Source: Gordius albopunctatus (taxonomy: Eukaryota). Taken from it: a stretch of DNA of 64,000 nucleotides. Numbering within the stretch: position 1 is the first letter of the stretch; every line of letters begins with the position of its first letter. Below the pieces are notes generated by a model. It had not been told where the DNA came from, did no database searches, and saw only the letters and a program-made list of their open reading frames with translations. Positions 11,456-24,800 of the stretch are shown here, in pieces. The stretch lies in the NCBI GenBank assembly GCA_964276515.1, contig OZ193909.1:11966001-12030000 (forward strand). The letters are read 5' to 3'. Position numbers and translations under genes: made by a program.

Positions 11456-11485
<30 letters not shown>
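11168..11485. repeat. perfect (TATG)n microsatellite, about 79 units
   Basis: Uninterrupted TATG array; it accounts for the spurious MYVC ORFs. Confidence 0.98.
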
Positions 11486-11486
<1 letters not shown>

Positions 11487-14217
11487 GAGCTAAATTCTGA
11501 AACTACCCGCCCGATTCGCGCGAAAATTTAGCCGTAGATGCCCAGGACGGCCAGGGGTAAAATAGCTTTTTCAGAATCCTAAAATTCCTTTTAGTTTCAA
11601 AAATATCTGACATTTCCCGGCCAGTTTTGTTTATAGCATCATATCATATACAATAATGACGCCAGGAAAGTTAGAATATAAGTAGAAATATGTATTATTT
11701 ATTTATAGGATTAATTTAATATTATTAAAAATAAATATTAGACTTATACATTTTATATATTGAAATGGGGCACGAATTTTATCACGTCATGGATTTTATG
11801 AACCCACTATTTTTGGTGTATATATAATAAGACAAACCAATTTACTTATGATAATTTGTCTAACTTATTTGATCCCACATCACCCCCATATGTGTGACAT
11901 TTGTATTTTTTTATATAATACGTTTTTATAATGTACATTTTTATTACATAACTTTTTTAAGGTCGTGTCCCCAAATAAATTATATGCTTCTATGGCCATG
12001 TGATAATAATGGCAGCTCATTAATTTTGTTGCCAGTTTTATTAGTGAGTTTTTAAAAAAATTTTTTGGTAGTTTTAAATTTTCTTATTTAAATTTTTTGC
12101 TTTTTTTAAAAATATCTTTAAAAATTTTTATAGTATGTACAGATGGCTCTAAAGCTAAAATTTATCCACCGTAATTCTGTCTTAATTTTTCCATATATAA
12201 CAAAGTGATGCGAATGATAAAAAAGTATTATTTAAGAGTGGTTAAGAAAATAGAACCTATAGATCAACAACCCCCCAGGAAACAAAAAATAAAAAGTTTT
12301 CTCTCCCCTGCATTCCCCGACAATCTCTTTACCTGCAATTAGTTATTTACGTTTACTTTCCATCGATTGTAAAACAAAACTAAAATTTAGATAAATCAGC
12401 TGCAAAAAATATCCCCACACACTTATAGTAAGTTAGTTAACTTGTCAGACATAATGTATATGGCAATAGTTAACAATAAAATAAACATTTATTAAATAGA
12501 ATATAATGAAAAGGATTAAATAACGCGAAAAATTTAAGTAGGCTCTATTAAAAAGAATTTATAATGGTAATACAAAATCAATTTTTTTACCAATTTTTAT
12601 TTCCAAAGTTCAATCCCCGACCCAAGTCAAACTTTAATGTATTAGAAAATGTTACTAGCTATAGAGATTTGAATTTATGCTATAATTTACAAGATAAAAG
12701 GCTTTTCTGGAGGTTTCAGCAATATTCACTCAGTTTTTTGTCTTAATTTTTTATGGTGTAAAATTCTATAAATGGCATGTTTATAATTCATTAGTTTCAT
12801 AATTACAACAGTTTATGCATCAAATATATTAATTTCTTAAAAAATTTCTGTTTATATTTAACATCTGCTATCGTTCGTCTCATTGGGAAGACCCCGGGGC
12901 TAGAATAGCCTAAATTGCGTTAAAAGATTATTTTTTCAAATTTTCTGTTGGAATATGTTTTGAAGTATTTTTCCAATTTGAGTTAAAAAAAGCAAAATTT
13001 TAATTTTTAAAAGCTCCCGGGGCAAGACTCAGCCTTGTTTAGGGGATATAATAACTTTACTTTTTTGATATTTTGTTTGTAAAACTATCATTTTATTATA
13101 ATTTATATAGAAATACAAAAGTAATATGGCTATTACCCATTAAAAATATGAAATTAAATAAAATGACAACTTGAATTTTCAGCTATACTAGACGGGCTCT
13201 ACTGTGGAAAGATTCTTATATATGGATTGTCATTATGAGGTAAGATTCAATGAAGAATGAAGAATACTAGTCCCCCTCTCAGCCTAGCCTTGATCCCTAT
13301 TTTTTGTACAAGTATTAATTTAACATGTTATATTGAAAATAAAAATTCAATTATTAGAGGGGTTTTTTAGGAAAAAAATCTCTTTATAAGATAAAACTTT
13401 AATTAGTTTAAAATATGTAACCCAAAAAAACTTATACACAGAATACAAAATTTTGTTGAGACTACTAATAGACTCAAAAACATTTTTCCCTATAAAATTT
13501 TTAATTTCTTTCCAAACAAAATATATTTTTGCCTATACTTTATGACAAAATGCACATATAGTTAAAATTTTTATGTTTTACAATTCTCGTTTTAAGATAA
13601 TCACAAGGGTACAATAGCCCCGGTCTCCTTTAATATATAACATTCGGTATGGTCATATTGCTTTTTAGTATCAATTAATTTAAAAACTATTTTCACTTTA
13701 TATTTATGGAAAATGGTAAAATTTTGTTATAAAAAAATTTGATTATTTTAAAAGTCTAAAATATAAATAAAAAATATCAAATGATAATTTTTTTTGGAAT
13801 AGGTCAAAATCTAATTACTTGTTGAATATATTAAATTTTTATTAATTAATGAAATATTAAATAAAGGAGACAGGGGCTATATGTGTCTTGCTTGGGGCTA
13901 CACATGGAATTTTTATAAAAATGTACTTTATAAAGGCGCATTTCAGGCGTAAAAATATTTTTCAAAAATTATTTAGGGAAAAAATTATAAATTTTATATC
14001 AGCATGAAGATTGATGTAGGTTTCTCAATGTGACCTCATTGATATTGTTACAATCATGATGTTTGTTAATAAAAAATATAATTTATAAGAATATTAGAGT
14101 CTCGCCTATGAGACCATACACAGCCTCGGACATATTTTTGATTTCTAGTTTTTCCAAAACTCTTAAGATTAAAAATATGAATTTTTATAGTGTAAAAATT
14201 TTATACTATATTTTCTG

Positions 14218-14650
14218 TTCAAAAATAAAGCTCTTCAAAAAAAGCTGATCAGAAAAAAGCGAATAAAAAATTTAGACCCTAAAATGTGTTCTTAAAGAAA
14301 GCTATTCAAAAAAGCTGATCAGAAAAAAAGCTAATAAATCATTTTTTGAATATCCCATTTTTATACCATTTTTCAATATATATAATATTTTTAGATATCT
14401 TATTAATAAATCTAATTTATTAGATCTTATTTTTAAAAATTCTATTTTTGAATATCTAACCCATTTTTATATATTCAATATTTAAATTTTATTTTCAAAT
14501 TTGCTATACGACATACATCTCATAAGACATCAAGTACATTTTAGGATCTACCTTTTATTAGCTTTTTTTCTGATCAGGTTTTTTTGAAGAGCTTTATTTT
14601 TGAAAACATTTTAGGGTCTAAATTTTTTATTAGCTTTTTTTTGAATAAGA
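14218..14650. mobile_element. foldback/MITE with internally repeated inverted arms
   Basis: AAAAATAAAGCTCTTCAAAAAAAGCTGATCAGAAAAAAGC...TTTAGACCCTAAAATG (14221-14286) is mirrored by CTGATCAGGTTTTTTTGAAGAGCTTTATTTTTG and CATTTTAGGGTCTAAA (14570-14622). Confidence 0.7.
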
Positions 14651-15883
14651 ATCGAATTTATAATTAAAAATATTTCTCAGTTTTTTTTAAATTTTTGTTT
14701 TAAGGCGCTTTAAGTTTGTACGGCTACGATTTACTAAACAATTTATATAGAAAGTTAAAATTTTTATTACGAGTAGATATAAATTTATAACCTTTCAAAA
14801 CAAACGACATGCGCAGTATCCCCCAATGTAAAAAATACACTAATAAATTGTGCTAATTTTTTTTATCAAGGCAAAAGATTTCTGCAATTATATTTACGGT
14901 TAAAACAAAAAAAAATATAAAAAAAACACGCATAGTGCTTGTTTAATTGCTTTTGGGTTCTTTAATAGTGATAATTATAAACATTTATAGGTTATTCTTA
15001 AAAAGTAAAAGAAAATAGTTTCGTTCTTCAATTATAAGATTAACTAGATATCTTCACCTGTGAACTTTCACATGCTAGAGTAATTCCACTTGAATGAGCA
15101 CATTTTTCACTTTAGTAAACATAAATAAAACGTAATTGATAAAATCATCTCGGGGAGTTCATTATATCATCATAATCGCTCGTCTTTCGATGATTCATTC
15201 TATTTTCTAAATAATAATCTTGAAAATTCATAACTTAAAAGACACAGCATTGCCGAGGTGTAAAGTAGAGTCCGTATAATGTTGTTGTCGGCAGATTAAA
15301 CACAACAGTCAACACAATGGCCCCTCAGAGAGAGAGAGAGAGAGACAGTGAACAAAAGGGTGGATAGATAAATAAAACATACCCACCCACCCATGCTTCA
15401 TTATTTTTTACCTGCGAGGGTTGGGAGTAAGGGAGATTTCATTATTTACCTTGTTTGCGCGCCTAGTGTGAAAAGGGTCCCTTTGCAGTGGTGCACAATA
15501 CTTTCTTCATTTCGCCGTCATACCGTCATTGGATATCGATTAAATTTTAAAATTTTAATGGCGCTGAGCTTTAAGACGGGTTTAAAAATGTTGGGGCCCT
15601 TACTAAAGTAACTAGGTCAGGGCAAAGTAAGGGTAAATTAACCTGAACTTCTTTGCACCGTTTAAGGAGCATTTCGCTATCGTTTTATGCACAGACGCGG
15701 TGCCGCACCCCCTTCTACCTTACATTTTGTGATACTTCTTCCACTTGCTCTCACTTTATTCGCATTGTGTAATCTCCTGCATGGCATATAAATGCAAGGG
15801 AATGAAAAAATCCGCCACGCTTTTCTACTAAACACAATTCATAAAGAAAGCATAGACTATGCTCAAGATTTTATCATTCTTCT

Positions 15884-18800
15884 ATGAAAGCTGCTGGATT
15901 AATCATTCTATACCACCTATTGGTGCACATTAATATCATCGATTCTCAGCTAAATCATCTATCATCGCTATTAGAACGTCTCAAATATCAAGGTTAGATC
16001 TTGTTTTCATTATTTAAAAATTATGTACAAATTTTTCTGTGTGCTAAACCTCCTTTCAGGAGGACCTGCATTACAGTTGTATTTTTTAAAGGTTATCCCT
16101 AGTTAATCAGGCCTCGGGCTTGATGCTTCAAGCCAGCCCATGTAAAAAAAAATTTAGCTAAAAGATTTTTAAAAACTTTTTAATAATTACTTTGCTGAGT
16201 AAGCTATTTAGAGGAGACAAATATTTTAATGTTAAATGAAAGGTTCAGGTGGTGTTCTAAATATTCTTTTTTGCAAATTTGCAATTCAAAAGAGTCGGGC
16301 CTGGATCGAGTCGGGTTGAAGAAAAAAAATTCGGGTTCGGGCAAAATTAATAAAAAAGTGTTGGGACGAGCACGGGCCGAAAATTTCATTTTGTAGGCTC
16401 TATCCGCAGTGTATAATATAGAGACTAATTGAGTTTTCTAAGTCTGATCGTATACAAATTGGAGTAGTTTTATACAAATATTTACTACTAACAATTTGTT
16501 ATAATAAAATAAACATTTGCTTTCATGCTTTTGAGGAGGGTTATAACACCGCTATCGCGCCATTATTGATTGTGGCCCTTTTAAGATTGCCATCTATGAA
16601 ATTATCATAATGGAGACAATAGAATAGTTATTTTTTATGAAGAACAATATGTTATTTTTAGTAAAACTTCCTTTAAAAATTTGTATAATTAGGTAGTGCC
16701 CCTATTCATGTGACAACGTATCCAAATTACGACATCGAAGTTCTCGAAGGCAATTCCCAAATCTTTTCCTGCCAGACCGATGGCACAGATCCAGTGGTTC
16801 GTGCTTGGTCAAAAAATGGGCATCGTTTCAACCAAACTCTGACAAGTAAGTCACCAGACGATAACCAATTTTTTCGCTTGGAAGATATTACGATTAAAAA
16901 TGCGGGACAATATCAATGCCATGCCAGCAACGCATACGGATCAGCATTTAGTTTACCAGTGCCACTCAGGGTCTCATTTTTACACGAATTTGACGAGGCT
17001 CCTAAAGAAAATTCAGAGTTTGGAAAATTTGTTATTGGGGAATATGCAATACTCACATCCCCGTTTATTGAAGGTTCTTCCGGGAGTGAGTTTAAATGGA
17101 TCAAAGATGGCCGGCCCCTTACCATACCCCAACACGGGGACATTTATTACAACGAAAAATATACGCAAATCAATCTTAGAAATCACACTATTGTACCGCC
17201 TAAATCTCAATCTTTACTCATGATAAACGGTTTGGATTATGATGATGCAGGATTTTACAAGTGTTCTGCCATGAACTCTATGGTGGGAAAGGTTAGCGAA
17301 TCAAAACCCCAGCATCTCACTATTCATGGTATGTATAGCTTTAAATATTTGATTTCATTTTTCAAATTATTAATCCTTTTATTATGATGAGTATAAAATT
17401 ATTGCAAAATGTAGAATCGGAAGTCAGCGAAAAAGTTGGAAGTGTACCGCACCTCGCATTGAAATCATCAAATTTAACCATAATTCAAGGCATAAAACGA
17501 GCCTCTTTCTATTGTATACCCTATCCAAGGTATATTAAAATAATCGAAATTACTATTTTTATCTTAAATTTTACAGCTTAAAATCATATCGCATGAGTCA
17601 ATAAGATACTATTAAATGCTAATTACTTCCATATAATTTTAGTATCTGACTATTAAGATTTAAATTAAATTGTATGCACATTTTATATGTATTAGTTTTA
17701 TTAACTTTGCGATATTATGTTGTAAAAGCTGGATCGGCATTAAATGGTACCATCAAAATAATCTAATTGAACAAAATTCAACTCATTTTGAGATTTCCGA
17801 AAATGGGAATTATTTTTCCATAAATGGTCCGACTATTAAAGATTCTGGATTCATAACATGCAAAATGGAATTACGTGAATCTCATACCATATTTTTCGTC
17901 GTTTCGGGTAATTTATTTTTGAGATATTTTTCTAAAAAGCGCTCTAAATTTCCCCTGTAATGGTATTAATTTTATTATTTATTAAAAGCTTTTTTAGTTT
18001 GAAGGGTGTTTTTTTATTGTTTGCAAACACAATAAGCAATAGTTGTCATAATTATTTAATACATTTTTAAATCTCAATCCATTTTTCAGGTATAAATTTT
18101 CAATGTTTTAAATATAATTGACTTTTAGGCAGACTATAACTACGATGACAAATTAATTCATAAACGATAAGCATTAACACAGAAAAATTATTATTTTTAT
18201 CTCCAAATTGTTTACTAATATAATTTTTATCATACATATGTACTACATATTGTGTGTATAGAAAAACCAACATTAAGCAATACCGATTTTCAAGTTATTA
18301 AAAAGAATTATAATTCAAACTTCACTTTGGAATGTACTGCGTCTGGACATCCTGCACCAATCATTGAATGGTTCCATAATACAAAGCGGATCCCGGTGGA
18401 TAAGGTTAAATTTTCTTCTATCATACTTTATAAGCGTTTGCTTGTTTAATATAGTATTCCGGGGATAATTTATTTGCCATAAATTCCTTCAACTTTGAGG
18501 ACGATGGCATTTATCAATGCTTGGCTACCAACTTTGCTGGCAGTGTATTATTAACCTATTGGGTTAAAATGATAGGTAAATCTTATTAGTATTAAATGCT
18601 CTAACCACCGAACACTTTGATTTTATCAAGCTAAATATAATTATTCATAGAATATCCACCGATACTCATCAAAGGACTTTTTAATACAACTGTTCTCTAT
18701 GGCTCAAATATAACTTTAAATTGCAAGTTTGCCGCCTTCCCCCATTACAACATTTCTTGGACTAAAAACAGTATGTTAAACTTGTGAAATGTTATTTAAA

Positions 18801-21800
18801 ATATTTTATTATTAAAATACTGCTAGTAATGAAAAATCATGATTTAATGTCTGGATTCACATTGATTTCACCAATTAAATATTAAATAAAAGTAGGGGAC
18901 GCTAAATAATTTTTAATTCAACGCCAAGCCTATGTAACCTGGTGTCGCAAACAAGACTATCATATTCCAGTCATTAGCTAATAAGTCAAATGAAAGAGAT
19001 GAACTTTTACTTTAAATATAGAATTTACTTTATCTTCTCACGAAGATTTTTAATATTTTTGATATTGTTCTTCAACTAGATTATATTGATTTTGAATCAG
19101 AATTAGAAAATCAAATATTTCAACTTTATGTATTACCTAACATGATTAAATGTTTAAAAAATATGTTAATAGATATGCTGCTAGAACACAGTTCGAATTC
19201 ACTATTCATTGAAGCACCACAAAGTGGTCAAACAAAGATGGAGATATTTTGCAAAGCTTCTAACTACATAGGACAAAGCACATCTAGAGCTTTTATTCAT
19301 TTTATAAGTAATATTGTTTCGCAATTTGTTATTTCCCTTTTTAGATTAACAACTTATATCTCATAAGTTTCTTTTTATCGCGCAGCTTTATATTTATTTT
19401 AAAATATGACTAGATAGTTAGCATTTACATTAATTGATGGGCTCCTATAATCTAATAGTAAATACTAGAGATCTGCACGGGAGCCTGGAACATAGAGTAT
19501 GAACGGGCTTTGATAATAAAGAATGTAGCCGTAGGACTCAGGCGATCATAACAGTTATAAAAACTGGTTCGGACGGACATCTTTTAACGCTCCTGGAATT
19601 ATTAAATTTACCCCGGCCAAAAACGAACTATATTAAACAATTTTAGTTTAAATAGATTTTTAGTTTATTTACAAACAAAAATAATTTTCAATGACAAAAT
19701 TGATAATTGTAGTAAGTTTAACCTAAACAGATGGATTTATCAATAGAAATATATCCGTAGGCAAGCAACCCTGAGAAAATCTGACGATTTATTAATAGGG
19801 GCTCGAGCGGGCCTAAAATAAAAGATATTTATTATACCTATAAAGAACGACAAACTTTATATAAAAATCCATGTTTCACGAGCAGTTTGAATCAAACCTA
19901 GATTTATAATGTTTATATATAACAGAAAAAACCAGAATTAAACTGCCTCTGACCATTGGTAACACAACATATAATAATAACTCTATAAACGTTATCATCG
20001 GGCAGCGGGCTGATCTCCCGTGTAGAATAGACCATGATCCTTCCATTAACATAACCGTCACTTGGTACAAAGGTAATGTGATACTAGCGAAAAGCGAATA
20101 CTTGAATGGCAAAAAAAAATTAATTGTTGAAACGGCCAGCGAAAGGTACAGAATAAAAGATATCGGGGATCATGCTTCTTACATTCTTACATTCCCAAAT
20201 GCTAAGAATACCGACAAGGGTTTATATTCCTGTCAAGTTTCATCGACAGCCGGTGATGACATCATACAGTTATACCTACAAATAGTTGGTAAGGGATAAC
20301 CGTCGCATAACCATTGCTAAGATTGTAATCATGGAATATTTAAAACTTTTTTAATTATTGTTTAAAAACTTTTTAAATTCTTACTAAAATTAAAAAACAA
20401 TAATACAGCTATATTTAGTTCATTAAGAAAGCCACCCATCAAAGTATTATTATTAGTGTATTTGATTATTCTTAAGAATTATATTTATATACTTAAAGAA
20501 CTTCCCTATCCTCCGCTCAACTTAATTGCGAGCATTTATAAACCAGCTGAGCGCGCTCAAGTGTTGTTGCAATGGGTCCCAAATTTTAACGGCAATAGTC
20601 CAACCATCTTTCATACAGTGCAATACAAGGAAAAAAGTAATAAAAATTATAATCTATAAATAAATAATTCATACACCTTAAACATATAACTTTTGTTACT
20701 GTATTTTCATAGACTAAATAGACTTGTTTTTGTAGTACACCATAAATAATATCCTTATCTAGTTTTTCTTAAATTTATAATTCGTATTAAAACTTTAGTA
20801 CTAAAAAAGTTATAATGGTTTAAGAGTTCCTAAACATATTTTGCAAAAAAACTCATTCGACAACGCGATAATTTTTACACACGAATGGTTTTATTTATAT
20901 TAGATTTAATATGGAAATCCTACAATAACACCTTTTCGGGTGAAAAAAACACGGCTCTTTTATCTGGCTTGGAGTTTGGAACGATCTACACATTTAGGGT
21001 CCGGGCCATAAATGAAATTGGAGAAGGATCCTGGAGCTCTGAAAGCAATTCAATCCTTATCCCAATCATAGGTATTTCCATTATACATACCCATCGCATT
21101 ATTGAATTATTCAATAATAATTAATAATATACATATATAACTAGCTCCAACCTTTTCGCCAAATCATTTTCACTCCGAAACGCAATCCCCTTCATCCATC
21201 TTACTAACTTGGAAAGTGAGATAACCTATATATAAAATTGTGTCATCATTTAACTTTCGATTAAATGGGTTTATATCTCTTTATCTATAAACATTTCCAT
21301 TATTTTTATTCTGTTATATACTATTATTACGTGAGACGATGAAGTATATTCCTATAAATTAGAGACAGGAAATATGATTACTTTATAAAACCTCACAATT
21401 ATAATACTTAAATAAACACATTATAAAGTAAAGCTTAGCATATAAATTTGTTTAATAAATTCAAAGTACTTTTTTAGAAAAACAAGAATTGTAACTATAA
21501 AACTAATCATTAGGGTATATTAAATTTAGGTCCCCAAAAAGGAAGTATTATCTAGTCACATACTGGGTTACATAATAAAGTACCGATTAACTGGTCTCAA
21601 AAATCAAGATTGGAGCGAAATTAAAATTCCGGCACAATCAGGGAGTGCGGGTGTTCAAGAATATCTATTAGATAATTTGATCACTTGGAAACAATACACT
21701 ATAGCGATGGCTGTTTTTAACAAAGCTGGCTTCGGGCCATACACAGATTATGTCAACGTTTGGACTTTTCAAGGAGGTTTTTTATACTATTAAATTGATT

Positions 21801-24800
21801 TTCTATTGAGACAGGTTAATGAGTTATTTTTAGGCTAGTTCTGCTTGCAAGATCTAATATTTGCAATGCAATCTAATCCCTACTTTATAATTAATTTTGA
21901 TTTTTTGTGCCGACTCTACCTCAATGTTGGAATTTGACGCGTTTGTAAATTAAGTTTAAGCTTCAATCCTAAAACCAATTAAAGTTGTTACAATTTGGTC
22001 CCATGAAAGGTAACATTTTTATTAATAATAGCTGGCAATATAAAATCTTCCAGATTTATTAATATATTATTCAGCCTTCGGCTGTTTGCATAATCAATTC
22101 TAAACTCTTTTATCTAAATCCACTCCAACCTATACTTAAAGTCTGACTTTTCTCAAGTATTTGGTAAATTTATGCATTATACCTATCCTCTTTATAGTTC
22201 CCGAGATAGCTCCACAAGGTGTCACTGCCTCAGTGTTAAATTCCTCGGCCATAAGGGTATCATGGATCCCTCCAGATCCTCAATTGACGAATGGCATTGT
22301 ATCAGGATATCAAATAAGATACATTAATAACCCCAACAACAATTCGTTTGTCGGTGGAAACAACGTTCACACGTTTAAATTGGAATTAGATAGGCTAGAG
22401 TTTTCCAGAGTTGGACTATTCATCAGCAATTACAATATTTCTATAACAATCGCAAATTTAAAACCTTACACCCCCTACACATTCGATGTAAATTGTTTCA
22501 CCGAATCGGGCCAGGGTCCATTTAGTTCCCCGCCCATTCATGCCCAAACTTTGCAAGATGGTAAATATTTGATCTTAAATTATAAGCTTGAAATATATTG
22601 AGTGTCTAAACTTTACATGAAATGTTGTTGTTACTTGAAAGGCCAAATGTTTAAATAATCTCAAATAAAACACGCTATTAGATTTACTTATTAAAATGAT
22701 ATTTATTGAGCTATATTGATATAATTAATAGAAATATTTACTATAGTGATTGGCAAAAACATTAAATAGTCTTTTAATTCAGCATTCTATCCGATTTTAA
22801 TTATTCTATTTTACCAACATTCAGTGCCAACCGAAGTAAGGTCTATCTCCACGTTAAACTTTGTTGGGTCTAAAGCTCTTGTCAAATGGATAGCGCCAGT
22901 TACTTTTAACGGAGTTTTCAATGGTAGTTTTATTGGAAATATTTATCTATTATATGTTTAATAGGGTACAAAATTAGATACCGACCTTCAAATCTACCTA
23001 CGACTAATACAACCGAACTTTACTTGAATACTTCGGAAAATCATGTAACAATTCAAAATTTGCTATATTCCCAAAACTACGTTTTGGACATTTCAGCCCT
23101 ATCAGGGGCAGGAGAAGGTCCCGCAAAATCTATAAGTTTTACATCTGGTCAATTACCAAGTACAAAAGCTGCTAAAATGATAATGAAATTTTATAGTTAT
23201 TTAAAAATAAATTATAAAACTAGTAAAATAATGGTCATATTTTCGATTCTGAATTTAGCTTTACCTAGTCAACCCATTATCAAAAATGTGATACACAACG
23301 TCACTCAAGCTTTCATAAACATGGAAATAACGGATTTGGGAAGTGTTGAATTAAAAGCCATTATCATTGAGGCCCAAAAGGATAAGTATCGTTCAAATAT
23401 TGATGAAAAGATATGGGAGAAAATAGAGGAAAAAGATTATACTAATTCCTCTATCACATCACCTGCTTCGTTAACCATCGACGTTGGTCTTAAGTAAATA
23501 ATATAAATGTTCTGAATATTTTTACCATCGTGAAGAATATATTTTTATAAAATATAAAGGTTGTTAAAACAGTTATATTAATAATGCTTAATAAATTTTT
23601 TGGGGTTTTTAAAAATATATAATTTTATAAATTATAGCCAAAATTTACAGCAAATTAAAGTTCAAAATTTTGAAAATTAGAAATATACAGATATTGCATT
23701 AAATCCTTACTCTAGATCGCTTAATTAACTATAAATTGCGGAAAGTCGTTTTTTGAAAGATGCATAATTTTTAAATTTAATGTTTTTTAATATAGTAAAT
23801 TTTAATAACTTATGTGTGTTTAATTTAAATATATGAAATACATATTTATTCTTAGACCTTACCTTTATTATCGACTACGGTTTATACTGGTTAACGAAAT
23901 TGGCCAAAGTATTCCTAGCAATGCTACAAGTTTGTTTAAAACGGAAGCTTCAAATCCTTCAAATATTCCTGATACGATACACAGGCGGTGCTATCAGGAC
24001 AATTCATGTATAATAACATGGTCACCTTTAAATGAAGATAATTGGAATGGCATCCCAAAAGGCTATGAGATTCAACTAACCTCTCAATGGGACTACAAGT
24101 AGCTTCGTGTTATAAATTTAATTTGTCAATTTTTTTTATTTAATCTCCTACTTTTTAAATTTTTATAAATTACTTTTTTAGAAAGATAAGTCATATCGAT
24201 CCTTATAGAGGCTATTACCAATTTAAAAATTTAAAGCCCCTCTCAAATTATACTATAGTAATCCATACTATGAATCACAAATATTCTAGTCTAAATAATA
24301 CAAAAAGTTGGCTATTCACCTTACCTTCAAGTATTTGAACAATTATATTTAGCAAATTTATAACTTTCTAGAACCAACATCTTTTCCACAGAATTTAAGC
24401 ATGATCAATGTAACTTCTACGTCGGTGGAAGTAATGTTTGAGTGCAAACCAGGTTTGTACGAAATAGTAGATAAAGTTGAAGTACATTTTATTTTATTAT
24501 TGCTCGATATTTATTCAATTTTTAGACTCACGTCTATTCTTTCAAAGATAACATGTACATAAATCAGTCTTATGATTACATATGGAACTTAAATGAATCA
24601 TTATGTTTGCTGACAATCAAAGATTTAGTCCCATTTACGAGTTATCAAATAACCTTAAAGTTTCATAATGTGATGGGTGGAGGCCCGTTAAGCGGTGCTC
24701 TCGCATTTCAAACAGAATCAGATGGTAACGTTTTTTTATAATTATTTGGCTTTCCTATATAATTTTTAAAATTATATGGCATTTTTATTGTTACACTAGT

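Larger units (their letters stand above)
8076..11600 (+). mobile_element. microsatellite-bearing Helitron (5' part), split by an RTE insertion; 3' end not identified
   Basis: Removing the RTE and one TSD copy gives A|TCTATATATATAAAGTAAAGTC(TATG)n...CTAAATTCTGAAACTACCCGCCCGATTCGCGCGAAAATTT, which aligns with CTAATTTTGGAAAACTACCAGACCGATTTGGCTCAAAATTT of the 7378 Helitron. Confidence 0.65.

Noticed and set aside
11169..11500. Three MYVC-repeat ORFs
   Set aside because: They are translations of the (TATG)n microsatellite.
7927..13632. Possible outer TA-flanked TIR element (GGAGACCGGGG ends) making a triple nest around the Helitron and RTE
   Set aside because: Similar ends also occur at about 12884 and 13862, so the pairing is ambiguous.
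15326..15345. (GA)n tract upstream of sdk, and TATAAA at about 15787, as promoter elements
   Set aside because: Plausible, but not distinguishable from chance in AT-rich DNA without TSS data.
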